Source: Octopus vulgaris
Taxonomy: Eukaryota
Reading direction: 5' to 3'
Assembly: GCA_951406725.2 (NCBI GenBank)
Contig: OX597814.1
Span: 77,190,001-77,254,000 of the forward strand
DNA length: 64,000 nucleotides
The notes beneath the pieces were generated by a model that saw only the letters and a list, made by a program, of their open reading frames with translations, ran no database searches and was not told the DNA's origin. This document shows, piece after piece, positions 1-12,450 of the stretch. Positions within the stretch are counted from its first letter, which is position 1, and every line of letters begins with the position of its first letter. The translations under genes and the position numbers were made by a program.

Positions 1-407
1 AGTATTGCAAACCTCATTTCTTCAGCTGAGTCATCGAGCTGGGGCAAAGAGAGCTAGAGAAGGTCTCGAGTATATTTGATGGACCCTTCCATAATAAAAA
101 AAGAATTCACAACCTCCATAAATTCTGAGAGGAAATTCCCGCCAACACCTGAGAAAACTATGCAGCTTTGTTCCACAAAATTTCTTTCAAAAGCACTGTT
201 GGATAACGTCTAGATATTTATTGTTATCTATTATCAAGTTATATCCTGATTATGAATTTTTTTTATAAGATTTCCCTTACGTCTTTGTTATTCTCATAAT
301 ACATAATTGACCTTCAGACGCCATAGTGAATTATGTGAATGCAGACAGAGTCTGACCTTCATTATTTCAATACCTTTTCATGAGCATATTCATAAAATAT
401 TTTGGCC

Positions 408-492
408 AATGACGTAAGATTAAAAACAGAAAGAATTACTTCCTCGCTGCATTTCAAATGCGACAAGTATCCGGTATGAATGGTTTAAATAG
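408..492 (+). promoter_or_regulatory. Putative proximal promoter of paralogue A
   Basis: AATGACGTAA (408), ATCCGGTATGAA (469) and TATA-like TAAATAG (486) are conserved in order with the motifs upstream of paralogue B. Confidence 0.55.
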
Positions 493-545
493 AGGTGTTT
501 TGCACTAAAACTTTAAGACAGACTTTCATGAAACTGGCATCGACA

Positions 546-652
546 ATGAAGTGGTTCATCATAGCTTGTATATTTTTGCTTCTACTCTGCAGAAACCAAT
601 CAACTGAAGGAAATGTTATTGAAACTTTAACATTATCTGATCAAACACCTTA
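546..652 (+). pseudogene. Exon 1 (signal peptide) of disrupted chitin-binding repeat gene, paralogue A
   Basis: ATG 546 (in-frame ATG also at 528) reads MKWFIIACIFLLLLCRNQSTEGNVIETLTLSDQTP, homologous to MKWLIEACIFLPLLCSGQPT at 17583 and to LKLSNQEP at the end of paralogue B exon 2. Donor GTGAGT at 653. One extra base puts it out of phase with the acceptor at 3129. Confidence 0.75.
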
Positions 653-1475
653 GTGAGTAATATTTTGTTTTTCTTTCATTTATCTTTCATATTACATTTA
701 GCTATCAATATAACAATTGATTCATTTGATTTTCAAACAAACAATATGAAAGAAATCACTTCGTATTTTCAAACTGCATGCCTACAACTACATTCATTAT
801 TACCCAATGTATTTTACCCATTTTTGATACGTTACAGTGTGATTCAATATTATTCTAGTGAGTCTAGCGACCGCATAGAGGCTTTCTGTTTGTTTCGGTA
901 GTACATAATCAAATTTCACTTTCTTTATTGAGTGTAATAGTCATAAAAGTTAAATAGTATAGTATAATAAATTAACATAAATAAGCGAAAGTATTAACTA
1001 TGCATTGACCGTTAAAAATTTCTTGCGGTTACAAGACTTGTTTACGACCATAGAATCAGCAAATCAATATCATTAATGCTGCGTCGTTTTTTTTTATCAT
1101 TATGCACATCAGTACAGATCTGTTGGGAATAGCATATAAACGAATGAAATGAATCCAGCACGAGGCACTAATGACTTTGTCAATCCAATGCCAACACCGG
1201 TTAGGTCTGAACTGAACTCAGTGTGTAAGAAGACAATAATCAGCTATATCTGTTACTTTAGCACTATAACAGTTTTGCATATTTTCCAGTATCAGTGTGA
1301 TGGCAATTTGACACAGAAATATTAAACTCGTGTAAAAATTTGTTGCAAAAGTTTTCTGAGTTCAAACACTGCCAGATTTGACTATATTTTACATCCACAT
1401 AGTTCATAGAGACTACACTTTATCTTTGTGTCATGCTTGTGACCTTTAAGATACACACAAGCACACACTCACACA

Positions 1476-1525
<50 letters not shown>

Positions 1526-1699
1526 TAGCACCTATTCGAATTAATCACCAAATACATTAGCCACTCTGAGAAGGTCTCTGAATGTTAAGCACATAATCAC
1601 TTCTCTTTAGAATACCCAAAGACAGACATACATAAAACGCATGCGTTTAAAATGTGAAAGTTTATCTGAAATCATTGTCGTTTATAGGCCAGCATCCTA

Positions 1700-2200
1700 T
1701 TTTGTTTCATTGTTTACTTCTTCTTCATTCATCCAAATTGTCCGTACACTTTTCGTGGAAGGGTTGTAGCACTAGATTCCTGAGATATCTCCTCCATAAG
1801 GTTCTGTTAGAAGCAACCGTCAGTAGACCTTCCGGCTCACCTAAGACTGATCAACTGACACTATAGATATTACACACCCATCTTGTTCTTGGTCTACCTC
1901 TACGCCTCTTACCCGTTGGATCGGCTTGAACAAACTGTCTTGCGATTATTTCCTGCGACAATCTAAACACATGTCTGTTGTATTAGTGCTGTGACTCTCA
2001 ATGAGGAGACGTAAAGGCTCGAACTTGAACTCCTGTCGTCTAATGTTACCTCACAGACCCTTCAAAGGAAACTCTTTTGTGGCCACTTACATTCGCGATT
2101 ATATTCTTTTGGTCACTACTCAACATTCATGACCATAGGTGAGGATAGGCATGTAACCCGAATTGAAGAAATTGAGTTTGGTCTTTTTGCTAACCTTTCC
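1700..2200 (-). mobile_element. RTE-clade LINE 3' relic (intronic)
   Basis: Minus-strand translation HVFRLSQEIIARQFVQADPTGKRRRGRPRTRW resembles the RTE C-terminal GxRxRGRP..W motif. Boundaries approximate. Confidence 0.55.
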
Positions 2201-3129
2201 TCTCTTCTCAGGATCGAAGGCTGGTTCTGGCGAATTCTGCGACAGTACTAGTAATTCTAAAATCCAATTCAGCCTCCGTCTTTCCATCAATCGTGATGCG
2301 GCCTCGAGCTTCCTAAACTTATCTACTTGTTCAGTGATGTTCTACCAACATAGAGAATGCGCTGGAAAAACTGTTTTGAGATAATTAATGCCTCAGTCAT
2401 GGCAACACTAATTCTCATTCCTGTCTTACAAAATTTGATGGCGAACCCATTCAATGCACCCTGGAGAAAAAACCTTTTCTTTTTTGATACTTGCCACAGC
2501 AGAATTCCATTCAGAAACGTAAGATAGATGTATACAAACATCAAACTCAATGTAAAGCATAGAATCGAAGTATTAGAAGATTCAATTCATCGCCAGTTTT
2601 CTCGGATTGGTAAGTTTTCTGTGGAACCCGGTTTCATAAGGTTAGTAGCATTGTTCCAATGCCAAATTAATTTCCTCACCTGAGCGCACAGTCTTTTCGT
2701 GAGCGACACTATCGCTAACATGTCACCGTTCTGAGTATAGCTACAACTCAGCAATGTGGTACATCACCAGTAAAGGCCAAAAACACTGCCCTTCTTCTAA
2801 GTTGTAACACGACATACTCTCCGGTTAGTCTGTCACTTATGGAAGGATCAGAATGTCAAGAGTCGCCTTACTATTAATACACATTTCAAACTGACGTTCA
2901 TGCAAAGCTGAAAGTTTACACTAGTTACATTTAAATGTCCAATGCACCCCACCAAGAAAAGAAAGAGAACAGATGTGGGTTTTTAGTAAATTATAAGTGG
3001 TACATAAATATATTAACGTCAACACGTGCAATAATAATTGTAATGAAATTTAAAGTTTAAAGGAAAAACAACATTTCAAAGATTTGTAATAACGGTGAAT
3101 AATATTGTCTGCGTTAATTTTTCTTTCAG

Positions 3130-6100
3130 GAGCTAAAGTAATAGAGATTGCCAGGAAATCATGTACGAAGGAAAACGTAAGAGCGCGAAGATTTTATTTC
3201 GCTCATCCAGACACAAGAAAGTACATTCAATGTACGGAGAGGGGTTTATTCTTTGTAATGCCGTGTGCACCGGGTACATTATGGTCACAAGGGACCTATA
3301 CCTGCATTGCAGATGTTAACATTCAACATACCAAGGCTGTGACAAAAATAGCTACGACAAACACCAAATCTACAATTAACAATCCCTGTACCAAGGAGAA
3401 TATTGACGCCGGTAAATTCTATTTCGCTCATCCGAACTAAAAGTTCTTTATTCAATGTAACAAGTGGGGTACATACTTTGTAATGCCGTGTGCACCGGGA
3501 ACAATGTGGTCACAAAGCGCCTATACCTGCGTTGCAGATTATAGCAACGTTAACAACAAAGTTAACACTCAACATACCAAGGCTACGACAGACAAGACCA
3601 CGACAACCATCAAATCCACCATTAACAATCCCTGTACCAAGGAGAATAGTGACGCCGGTAAATTCTATTTCGCTCATCCAAACAAAAAGTTCTTTATTCA
3701 ATGTAACAAGTGGGGTACATACTTTGTAATGCCGTGTGCACCGGGTACAATATGGTCACAAAACGCCAATACCTGTATTGCAGTTGATAGCAACGCTAAC
3801 AACAACAATGTTAACAATCAACATGCCAAGGCTAAGACAGACAAGACCACGACAACCATCAAATCCACCATTAACAATCCCTGTACTAAGGAGAAAATTG
3901 ACGCCGGTAAATTCTATTTCGCTCATCCAAACAAAAAGTTCTTTATTCAATGTAACAAGTGGGGTACATACTTTTTAATGCCGTGTGCACCGGGTACAAT
4001 ATGGTCACAAAGCGCCTATACCTGCATTGCAGATGATAACAACGTTAACAACAACAATGTTAACAATCAACATACCGATTCTACGACAGACAAGACCACG
4101 ACAACCAACAAATCCACCATTAACAATCCCTGTACCAAGGAGAATAGTGACGCCGGTAAATTCTATTTCGCTCATCCAAACAAAAAGTTCTTTATTCAAT
4201 GTAACAAGTGGGGTACATACTTTGTAATGCCGTGTGCACCGGGTACAATGTGGTCACAAAGCGCCTATACCTGCGTTGCAGATAATAGCAACGTTAACAA
4301 CAACAATGTTAACACTCAACATACCAAGGCTAAGACAGACAAGACCACGACAACCATCAAATCCACCATTAACAATCCCTGTACCAAGGAGAATAGTGAC
4401 GCCGGTAAATTCTATTTCGCTCATCCAAACAAATATTTCTTTATTCAATGTAACCAGTGGGGTACGTACTTTTTACTGCCGTGTGCACCGGGTACAATGT
4501 GGTCACAAAGCGCCTATACCTGCATTGCAGTTGATAGCAACGTTAACAACAACAATGTTAACACTCAACATACCGATTCTACGACAGACAAGACCACGAC
4601 AACCAACAAATCAACCATTAACAATCCCTGTACTAAGGAGAAAATTGACGCCGGTAAATTCTATTTCGCTCATCCGAACAAAAAGTTCTTTATTCAATGT
4701 AACAAGTTGGGTACATACTTTGTAATGCCGTGTGCACCGGGTACAATGTGGTCACAAAGCGCCTATACCTGCGTTGCAGATTATAGCAACGTTAACAACA
4801 AAGTTAACACTCAACATACCAAGGCTACGACAGACAAGACCACGACAACCATCAAATCCACCATTAACAATCCCTGTACCAATGAGAATAGTGACGCCGG
4901 TAAATTCTATTTCGCTCATCCAAACAAAAATTTCTTTATTCAATGTAACAAGTGGGGTACATACTTTGTAATGCCGTGTGCACCGGGTACAATATGGTCA
5001 CAAAACACCTATACCTGCATTGCAGTTGATAGCAACGTTAACAACAACAATGTCAACACTCAACATACCGATTCTACGACAGACAAGACCACGACAACCA
5101 TCAAATCCACCATTGACAATCCCTGTACCAAGGAGAATATTGACGCCGGTAAATTCTATTTCGCTCATCCGAACAAAAAGTTCTTTATTCAATGTAACAA
5201 GTGGGGTACTTACTTTGTAATGCCGTGTGCACCCGGTACAATCTAGTCACAAAGCGCCTATACCTGCATTGCAGATGATAGCAACGTTAACAACAATGTT
5301 AAAACTTAACATACCGATTCTACGACAGACAAGATCACGACAACCAACAAATCCACCATTAACAATTTTGTACCAAGGAGAATATTGACGCCAGTAAATT
5401 CTATTTCGTTCATCCAACAAAAATTTCTTTATTCAATGTAACAAGTGGGGTACATACTTTGTAATGCCGTGTGCACCGGGTACAATGTGGTCACAAAGCG
5501 CCTATACCTGCATTGTAGATGATAGCAACGTTAGCGACAACAATGTTAACACTCAACATACCGATTCTACGACAGACAAGACCACGACAACAAACAACTC
5601 CACCATTAACAATCCCTGTACCAAGGAGAATATTGACGCCGGTAAATTCTATTTCGCTCATCCAAACAAAAAGTTCTTTATTCAATGTAACGAGTGGAGT
5701 ACATACTTTGTAATACCGTGTGCACCGGGTACAATGTGGTCACAAAGCGCCTATACCTGCATTGCAGATGATAGCAACGTTAACAACAATGTTAACACTC
5801 AACATACCGATTCTACGACAGACAAGACCACGACAACCACCAAATCCACCATTAACAATCCCTCTACCAAGGAGAATATTGACGCCGGTAAATTTTATTT
5901 CGCTCATCCGAAGAAAAAGTTCTTTATTCAATGTAACCAGTGGGGTACATACTTTGTAATGCCGTGTGCACCGGGTACAATGTGGTCACAAAACACCTAT
6001 ACCTGCATTGCAGATGATAGCAACGTTAACAACAACAATGTTAGCAATCAACAGACCATAGCTACGACTGGGGGAAACCCCGAACACCACCAAATCCACC

Positions 6101-6270
6101 ATTAACAATCCCTGTACGAAGGAGTATTTTACCGCTGGTAAATTTTATTTTCACTTCCAAATAAAAATTTATTTATTCAATGTACAGAATTCGCTACATA
6201 CTTTGTAATGCGTGTGCGGAAGGAACATGGTGGTCACAAAGGACATATGCATTGATTCATAATTTATAAA
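3130..6270 (+). pseudogene. Large exon with 13 tandem 4-Cys chitin-binding (ChtBD2/peritrophin-A-like) domains separated by Thr/Asn-rich linkers; contains stops and frameshifts
   Basis: Acceptor ttttctttcAG ends at 3129. Unit NPCTKENIDAGKFYFAHPNKKFFIQCNKWGTYFVMPCAPGTMWSQSAYTC starts at ~3157, 3381, 3627, 3876, 4125, 4374, 4623, 4869, 5118, 5364, 5611, 5857 and 6107. In-frame TAA 3438, TAG 5244, TAA 5307; frameshifts near 5366, 5417 and after 6070. Confidence 0.8.
3381..6250 (+). repeat. Coding tandem repeat, period 246-250 bp
   Basis: Near-identical units; spacings 246, 249, 249, 249, 249, 246, 249, 246, 247, 246, 250. Confidence 0.95.
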
Positions 6271-6911
6271 AGCGAATTACCAAACTATTATGCTCGACAC
6301 CATGCTATGTTTGTTCATTCGAACTATAAATGCGTTTCTTTTAAAATATTTGTGTGTACTGCTATTATACTTTAAATTCAACCTTGTGTTTTTCTAATAT
6401 AACACGTGACAAATATGATTTTGCCTATATTTTCCTATCGTAATTTCTTGCCAAAGTGTTTTTCATTATTCTTTATTTCTCATAAACGAAATGTGATGTA
6501 CAAAATATGAAATGGTCATTATAATATCGATATTTTTACTTTCGTTTATTCACATGATTTTTCCTGCGTATTGTATAATATTCCATAAGCGAAGATGCTT
6601 TTCGCATGACGAGTCTTATGTGATTTAGAAATTGTTAGATATTTGGTATCCCTTAAGATATTTTCCGTCCACCTCCATAAAATTGTATTTCTTATGTCAA
6701 AAATTTTAAATATTGTACATAATCAGTACCTATAAATAAAATATATATTCCTATATAATTTCTTATTGTTTTCGTTTTATAATTCCTATATTCATTATTA
6801 GTGTATTGAAACACTCACACACTCACACACATAAAAAATTTCTCACACACACTCATATAAGTATTATCTGTTTCACATAATTAATTGTGGTCATGCTGCA
6901 GCACCACTTTA

Positions 6912-7020
6912 CATCACCTAGATTTCAGATAAATCATCCATCTAACTATGAACTACGTCCGACGTTGCTTAACTTTTATGACCGTATGAGAACCGCTGTT
7001 TTCAATGTGATATGGCCTTA
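6912..7020 (-). pseudogene. Degenerate 5S rRNA copy (pseudogene or SINE3 head)
   Basis: Minus strand GGCCATATCACATTGAAAACAGCGGTTCTC...AAGTTAAGCAACGTCG...TTAGATGGATGA follows the invertebrate 5S consensus with many substitutions. Confidence 0.65.
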
Positions 7021-7452
7021 CTTCAAATATATATAAATAACTCGATTAATATTTTTAGAGTTCATCAGTAAGAGTTCATGCAATGAGTTTGATGAGAGAA
7101 ATCTAACAACATTGGTTCTTCAAAAGTTACTGGTGTTTTCTTTGTTTTGTATCACAGAACTATATGAGTTGTACCACCACAATACTTATAATTTCATTTT
7201 TGACCAATGAGGAACATCATAACACTTCCTGCCTTCAGATCTTAGTTTCTTTACCTTACAATTTGTACGTTTATCCCCACTGCTTCTTTTCTCATGTACA
7301 TTGATGCTTAGCTGTCTCATTCATTCATTCCGATCAGTTCTCGTCAATTCCGGCTGAAACATATTTCCGTTCCAGTTTAGATTTGGGTGTTTTCTTTATT
7401 TTGATGTCGGAGGAAAATCTATGCTCATAAATGTACACACACACACACACAT

Positions 7453-7493
<41 letters not shown>

Positions 7494-7500
<7 letters not shown>

Positions 7501-7814
7501 CTCAACTTGTGCGTCTGTGTGTGTATCTGTGTGTGTGTCTGTGTGTGTCCTGGCACATCTCCTCCTAGCCAACAAATCGTAGAACCACCAAAAATGAGTC
7601 ACTTAAAGTTTAGGCGAATGAAAATTGAACTGCGCTATTTCTGTTCCAAAATTCTCGCAAGTGCAAAAATCGATAATGTGTTTGTTTAGGCCTTATCCCA
7701 TGCATTGAATAGTGAATTTTACTCAGTCAGCTGTTTGATGGGAACTGTGTTCACCACGCGTGCAAGCATGCGTAAATTGCATGAAAAATAAAAAAAGCCG
7801 GGCAATACTGCTAG
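7494..7814 (+). mobile_element. Non-autonomous Helitron-like element
   Basis: Microsatellite-containing 5' part. The 3' end GCCGGGCAATACTGCTAG-T nearly matches the terminus at 18470. Confidence 0.45.
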
Positions 7815-8297
7815 TATATATATATATAATCGTATTTGTATGGGTACATATACAAGCACACTCAAGTACAACTTCAGTGTGCTTGTATGTGAGTGAGAGA
7901 CCACGGTAGAGAATATCACTTGCTATCACTTATTCTCTCAATATAGGAACATAGAAAGCTACTAGCCTATAAATAGTCAATAGAGTGGAAAATTTAGCGT
8001 TGCGTAGACAATACATTACACTTAAAAATTCTATTGTAAATCATAAATGCAGATTAATATGTCCGGTAAAACGTTAGAAACGATTTATATTAATTAGTGA
8101 TTCAGACATTTATATTATTTTGCTCTTTTCTCATAATTCTTTTTGGATCAAACATAGTAGGGTATGAAACTGTGATCAACCTACAGTATACTGCTGGGGT
8201 GTTTTTGTACCCTTACGTTGTTCGATATTTCGCTCCATTGAGTTCAGTCCTTACTGGGATGATTAACTACTAATTTTTTATGCAATGTTAACCAGCT

Positions 8298-8462
8298 CGA
8301 ATATGCCAGTGGCAAGTTCGAACTAGTAAACAAGCCATTCGCTGTGTTTTGTCATGGAGAAAATTACACGCTGTAGCAAATGGTTAGATACACCTAAATC
8401 AGCTCGCAGCACCACTTATGAATGTCTTGTTTACGAGTTTGAACTTGCCACTGACATATTCG
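8298..8462. repeat. 43-bp imperfect inverted repeat (MITE-like core)
   Basis: 8298-8340 is the approximate reverse complement of 8420-8462. Confidence 0.75.
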
Positions 8463-9418
8463 TTTATGCACACCACTGTTTAGCGCTCCCACCTCGCAAC
8501 TAATTTTTCAATGTATGATTTAAACGTTACAGATGCAAATTTTTAATTTCTTAAATATAAACCTAAATTTTGGTTCTGGTAAATATTGCCCTAATCCGAA
8601 AATGCAGAATATTAATGTAAATACCAGCTACTGTCTAATAATGCTTCAAAACTTTCTAAGTACATATCCAGATTATCTTTCTAATAGGAAGTCAGTTAAC
8701 CGCGTTGCTTATTCCTATAATAAAACCTCCAAAGTCTAAAAGATGTAACGCAATACATAAATAATAAACATAAGTCACATACTAATATATTTGCATAAAA
8801 TACAACTCTAATGTTCATAACAGCAAAAATAAGAAACAAAATATTATGAGAAATAATCTTCCCTAGAATCTAAATGTTTGTCGCTCCATTGTTATCAGGA
8901 TCTTCCTGAAATTTATGCATAAACATTTTCTTGCAGACTAGTGATATCATTCAATGAAAATAATTTTAAGGTGAACTAAAATTGTATCTATATCTGCACT
9001 ATCTCTATGTTCAGTATAAACAGAAGAGCTCTTTCAAGAATATGCGTAACTCCTTTTCTCTAAGGAATTGCAACAACCCTAATATCTACACGTGGTAGAT
9101 ACCACTCTTCTGGAACTAATGGTGTAAATTTTCGTCTTCTTTTAATAGAGAAATCGATTACATAATTGTTAATATTATCATCATTAAATTCCAAATATAT
9201 TTCTATTCTAAAACAGCAGTGTGCCTTTCTGAGTGTCTCAATGTAAACACATGTTGCAAAAATATATACTGAAAAACATTTCCTGTAAGTTCCTGTACAG
9301 TTGTTCTTTTTGCTTAAAGACTAAATTGATGTTTTAAAGAGAAAGAATTCCAAAAGAGTTCTTAGGGCTGTTGCAATTAATAGGATGAGAATTTTTCTTG
9401 ACAACGTTTCTGAAAGCT

Positions 9419-10700
9419 ATTCGGGGGAGTACCCAAAAGTAACCGGAAAACTTTCTCAGTGGGACAAGCTCGTTGTAGTTCAGGCTTCCGCAACTAGAAA
9501 TCACTTCATGCCACCTTCGCCTACCGGTGTCGTCGTATAGAATTGTACTTCCACATGGTGCTTCTTTGTTTTGCAGTGCTACCCCGCGGTTCGTCGATTT
9601 TTGCGATGTCTGAAACGAAGGAACACCATGATTCCGTGAAATTTTGTTTTCTGTTGAGGCAAACGGCGGCCGAAACAGTTGTCATGCTTCAAACGACTTA
9701 CAAGTTTACAAGTGATTTTCACACTTTAGGAATGGTCACTTGTCGCTTGAAGACCAACTTCGAAAATTCATGAACTGATCTTCGAGGACTGTCGCCGTAC
9801 AATTGACGAACTTGTTGATATGACGGCTGTGTCCCGCCAAAGAATGTGAGCAAGGAATTGCGAATGAAAAGAGTTGCAGCGAATTTTTTTACCTTTCTGT
9901 ATAAACAGAAGAGCTCTTTCAAGAATATGCGTAACTCCTTTTCTCTAAGGAATTGCAACAACCCTAATATCTACACGTAAAAGATACCACACTTCTGGAA
10001 CTACTGGTGTAAATTTTCGTCTTCTTATAATAGAGAAATCGATTACATAATTGTTAATATTATCATCATTAAATTCTAAATATATTTCTATTCTAAAACA
10101 GTGGTGTGCCTTTCTGGGTGTCTCAATGTAAACACATGTTACGAAGGTATATTCTGAAAAACATTTCCTGTAAGTTTCTGAATTGGTGTCATGAACTGAA
10201 AGAACAGTTGGAGGTTGATCCGGACCGTTTTTATAACGTCATCTTTAGTGACGAAAGCTGATGTTACGGCTACGATCCGGAAACGAGGCAGCAATCAAGT
10301 CAATGAAAGCGTTCAATCTCATCACGCCCACCACAAAAGCACGTCAAGTGAAGTCTAGTATCAAGACGATGCTGGTTTGTTTCATCGATGCAAAATGAAT
10401 TGTCCACACAGAATTTGTTCCTCCCGGTCAAACTGTTAACCAGACATGTTATTTGGCAGTTCTGAAGCATTTACGAGAAACGATGAGACGCATACACCCC
10501 GACCTGGGCAAAATGGAGTGTAGTGGTCTCATCACAACAACACGCCTGTGCATACCGCCTTGAGTTTTTGACAGTTTTTGACTAAAAATGACATAACTCG
10601 ATCTTGTGCCCACCCTTCTTATTCACCTGATCTTTATCCTGCGACATTTTTTGTTCCCTCGAATGAAAAAAGACCTTAAAGGAAATCGTTTTGCAGTTGT
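9419..10700 (+). mobile_element. Degenerate mariner transposon with internal insertion
   Basis: TIR-like GGGGAGTACCCAAAAGTAACCGG. Transposase remnants TAAETVVMLQ, DES*CYGYDPETRQQSSQ*K, KTMLVCF, YSPDL, RMKKDLKGNRF. Confidence 0.85.
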
Positions 10701-10845
10701 TGCCCTACACTTGTCACCACTCCTAGCTAAAGTACCGTTAGTAATAAAGAAATATAATTTACTACGAGAAATAAATCGACTTTTAAATTGCTAAATCTAC
10801 CCCCTCTGTATCTGTCCTATCTGTCTCTGTCTTTTACGCCTTTAC

Positions 10846-10901
<56 letters not shown>

Positions 10902-10914
10902 CAGACAGACAGAC

Positions 10915-10987
<73 letters not shown>

Positions 10988-11129
10988 CAACTTATAAACA
11001 AGAGCAAAAGAAAAGAATTCTAATGCCAAATATGCCGAAAATAGACAAATCGCCAATAACCATATAATTTATCTCTATAAGCACGCGTCTCGAAGTAAGC
11101 CGATAGAAATTTCTTAAAAAATTCCGTTA

Positions 11130-11190
11130 TTATCGTATCGGTCCCAATTTCAGAGTTAATTCATAAGAATTTTCTCCTCGTCAGCGATAA
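11130..11190 (-). ncRNA. Type I hammerhead ribozyme motif (inverted copy)
   Basis: TTATCG-CTGACGA-GGAG..CTCT-GAAA-TTGGGACCGA-TA-CGATAA on the minus strand. Confidence 0.7.
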
Positions 11191-11438
11191 ATATGGTAAG
11201 AAATAAATGAAATACTTACTAATACCCATGGAAGAAGCAAACACTAAGTCATGAGCACACTTAAATATCCCAAATAAATCCAAAATAGAAATTCGCCAGC
11301 ACACCTCGAGGCACGTGCTGAAAACTCTCATAGAGAGTTTTGTATTTTGGATTTATTTGGGGTATTTAAGTGTGCTCATGACTTAGTGTTTGCTTCTTCC
11401 ATGGTATAAGTAAGTATTTCATTTATTTCTTACCGTAT

Positions 11439-11499
11439 TTATCGCTGACGAGGAGAAAATTCTTATGAATTAACTTTGAAATTGAGACCGATACGATAA
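11439..11499 (+). ncRNA. Type I hammerhead ribozyme motif
   Basis: TTATCG-CTGACGA-GGAG..CTTT-GAAA-TTGAGACCGA-TA-CGATAA; stem I TTATCG/CGATAA. Confidence 0.65.
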
Positions 11500-11720
11500 T
11501 AACGGAATTGTTTAGAAGTTTCTATCGGCTTACTTCGAGACGCGTGCTTATAGTGATAAATTATATGGTTATTGACGATTTGTCTATTTTCGGCATATTT
11601 GGCATTAGAATTCTTTTCGTTTGCCCTTGTTTATAAGTTGTTTATAAATTTAACCTTTAAAGGTATTTTTAATATGCTGGCCATCGATAGAGTTTTTTTC
11701 GAAAAATTTTATCCTATATT

Positions 11721-11785
<65 letters not shown>

Positions 11786-11788
<3 letters not shown>

Positions 11789-12450
11789 GAGGAGGTACCC
11801 CCAAAGCAACCGGATTCGTTCTCTGTGCAACAAGCCTGTTGTAGTTCAAGCTTCCGCAGCTAGAAGCCACTTGATGCCACCCCCAGGCATCAGTTTGCCG
11901 ACCGGTGTCGTCGCTTGAGGCCGTACTGTCATTTGGTATGTCTTTGTTTTGCAGTGTTTCTCTCCTGTTCGTGTTTTGCGATAGCTGAAACTAAGAAACC
12001 GTGTGATTCCGTGAAATTCTGTTTTCTGTTTGGGCAAACGGCGGCCAAAACAGTTGTCATGCTTCAAACAGCTTACAAGGGTGCTGCCATGAGCAAAACA
12101 CAAGTTTACGCTTTAGGAATGATCACCTGTTGCTTGAAGACCAACCTGGTTCAAGGCCAGCGTCGATCTCCCGAACGAATGAAAACATCACAAAAATTCA
12201 TGAACTGATCTGGGGGGGGGGGGCGTCGTCGAACAATTGACGAACTTGTTGATATGACTGGTGTGTCCTGGAGCTCCTGCCAACGAATTTTCGAATTTTG
12301 AGCGAGGAATTGCGAATGAAAAGAGTTGCAGCAAACTTTGTGTCTCGCTTGCTCACGGAAGATCAAAAGTAGTCACAACTGAATGCGTGTCGTGAACTGA
12401 AAGAACAGTTGGAAGTTGATCCGCACCTTTTTTCTGAGGTCATCACTGGT
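11786..12450 (+). mobile_element. 5' half of mariner transposon, same family as 9419
   Basis: TA-CGAGGAGGTACCCCCAAAGCAACCGG end following (TA)n. Remnants VKFCFLFGQTAAKTVVMLQTAY, RVAANFVSRLLTEDQK, EVITG. Confidence 0.85.

Larger units (their letters stand above)
10988..11640. mobile_element. Palindromic non-autonomous PLE-type element (~295-bp inverted arms) between microsatellites
   Basis: 10988-~11287 is the reverse complement of ~11343-11640. Each arm carries a hammerhead motif. Flanked by (GATA)n and, nearby, (TA)n. Confidence 0.75.

Noticed and set aside
1-30. CTGAAGA on the minus strand at the window start
   Set aside because: The remainder lies outside the window and cannot be evaluated.
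3490-5959. Repeated alternative-frame and antisense ORFs (MHRVQ..., MNKELF...)
   Set aside because: Shadows of the chitin-binding tandem repeat with no independent coding signal.
3381-6250. CRISPR-like regular array
   Set aside because: Whole ~249-bp units repeat and encode protein; there are no unique spacers and the context is eukaryotic.
7030-7085. Possible hammerhead on the minus strand (CTGATGA-ACTC..GAGT)
   Set aside because: No GAAA follows stem II.
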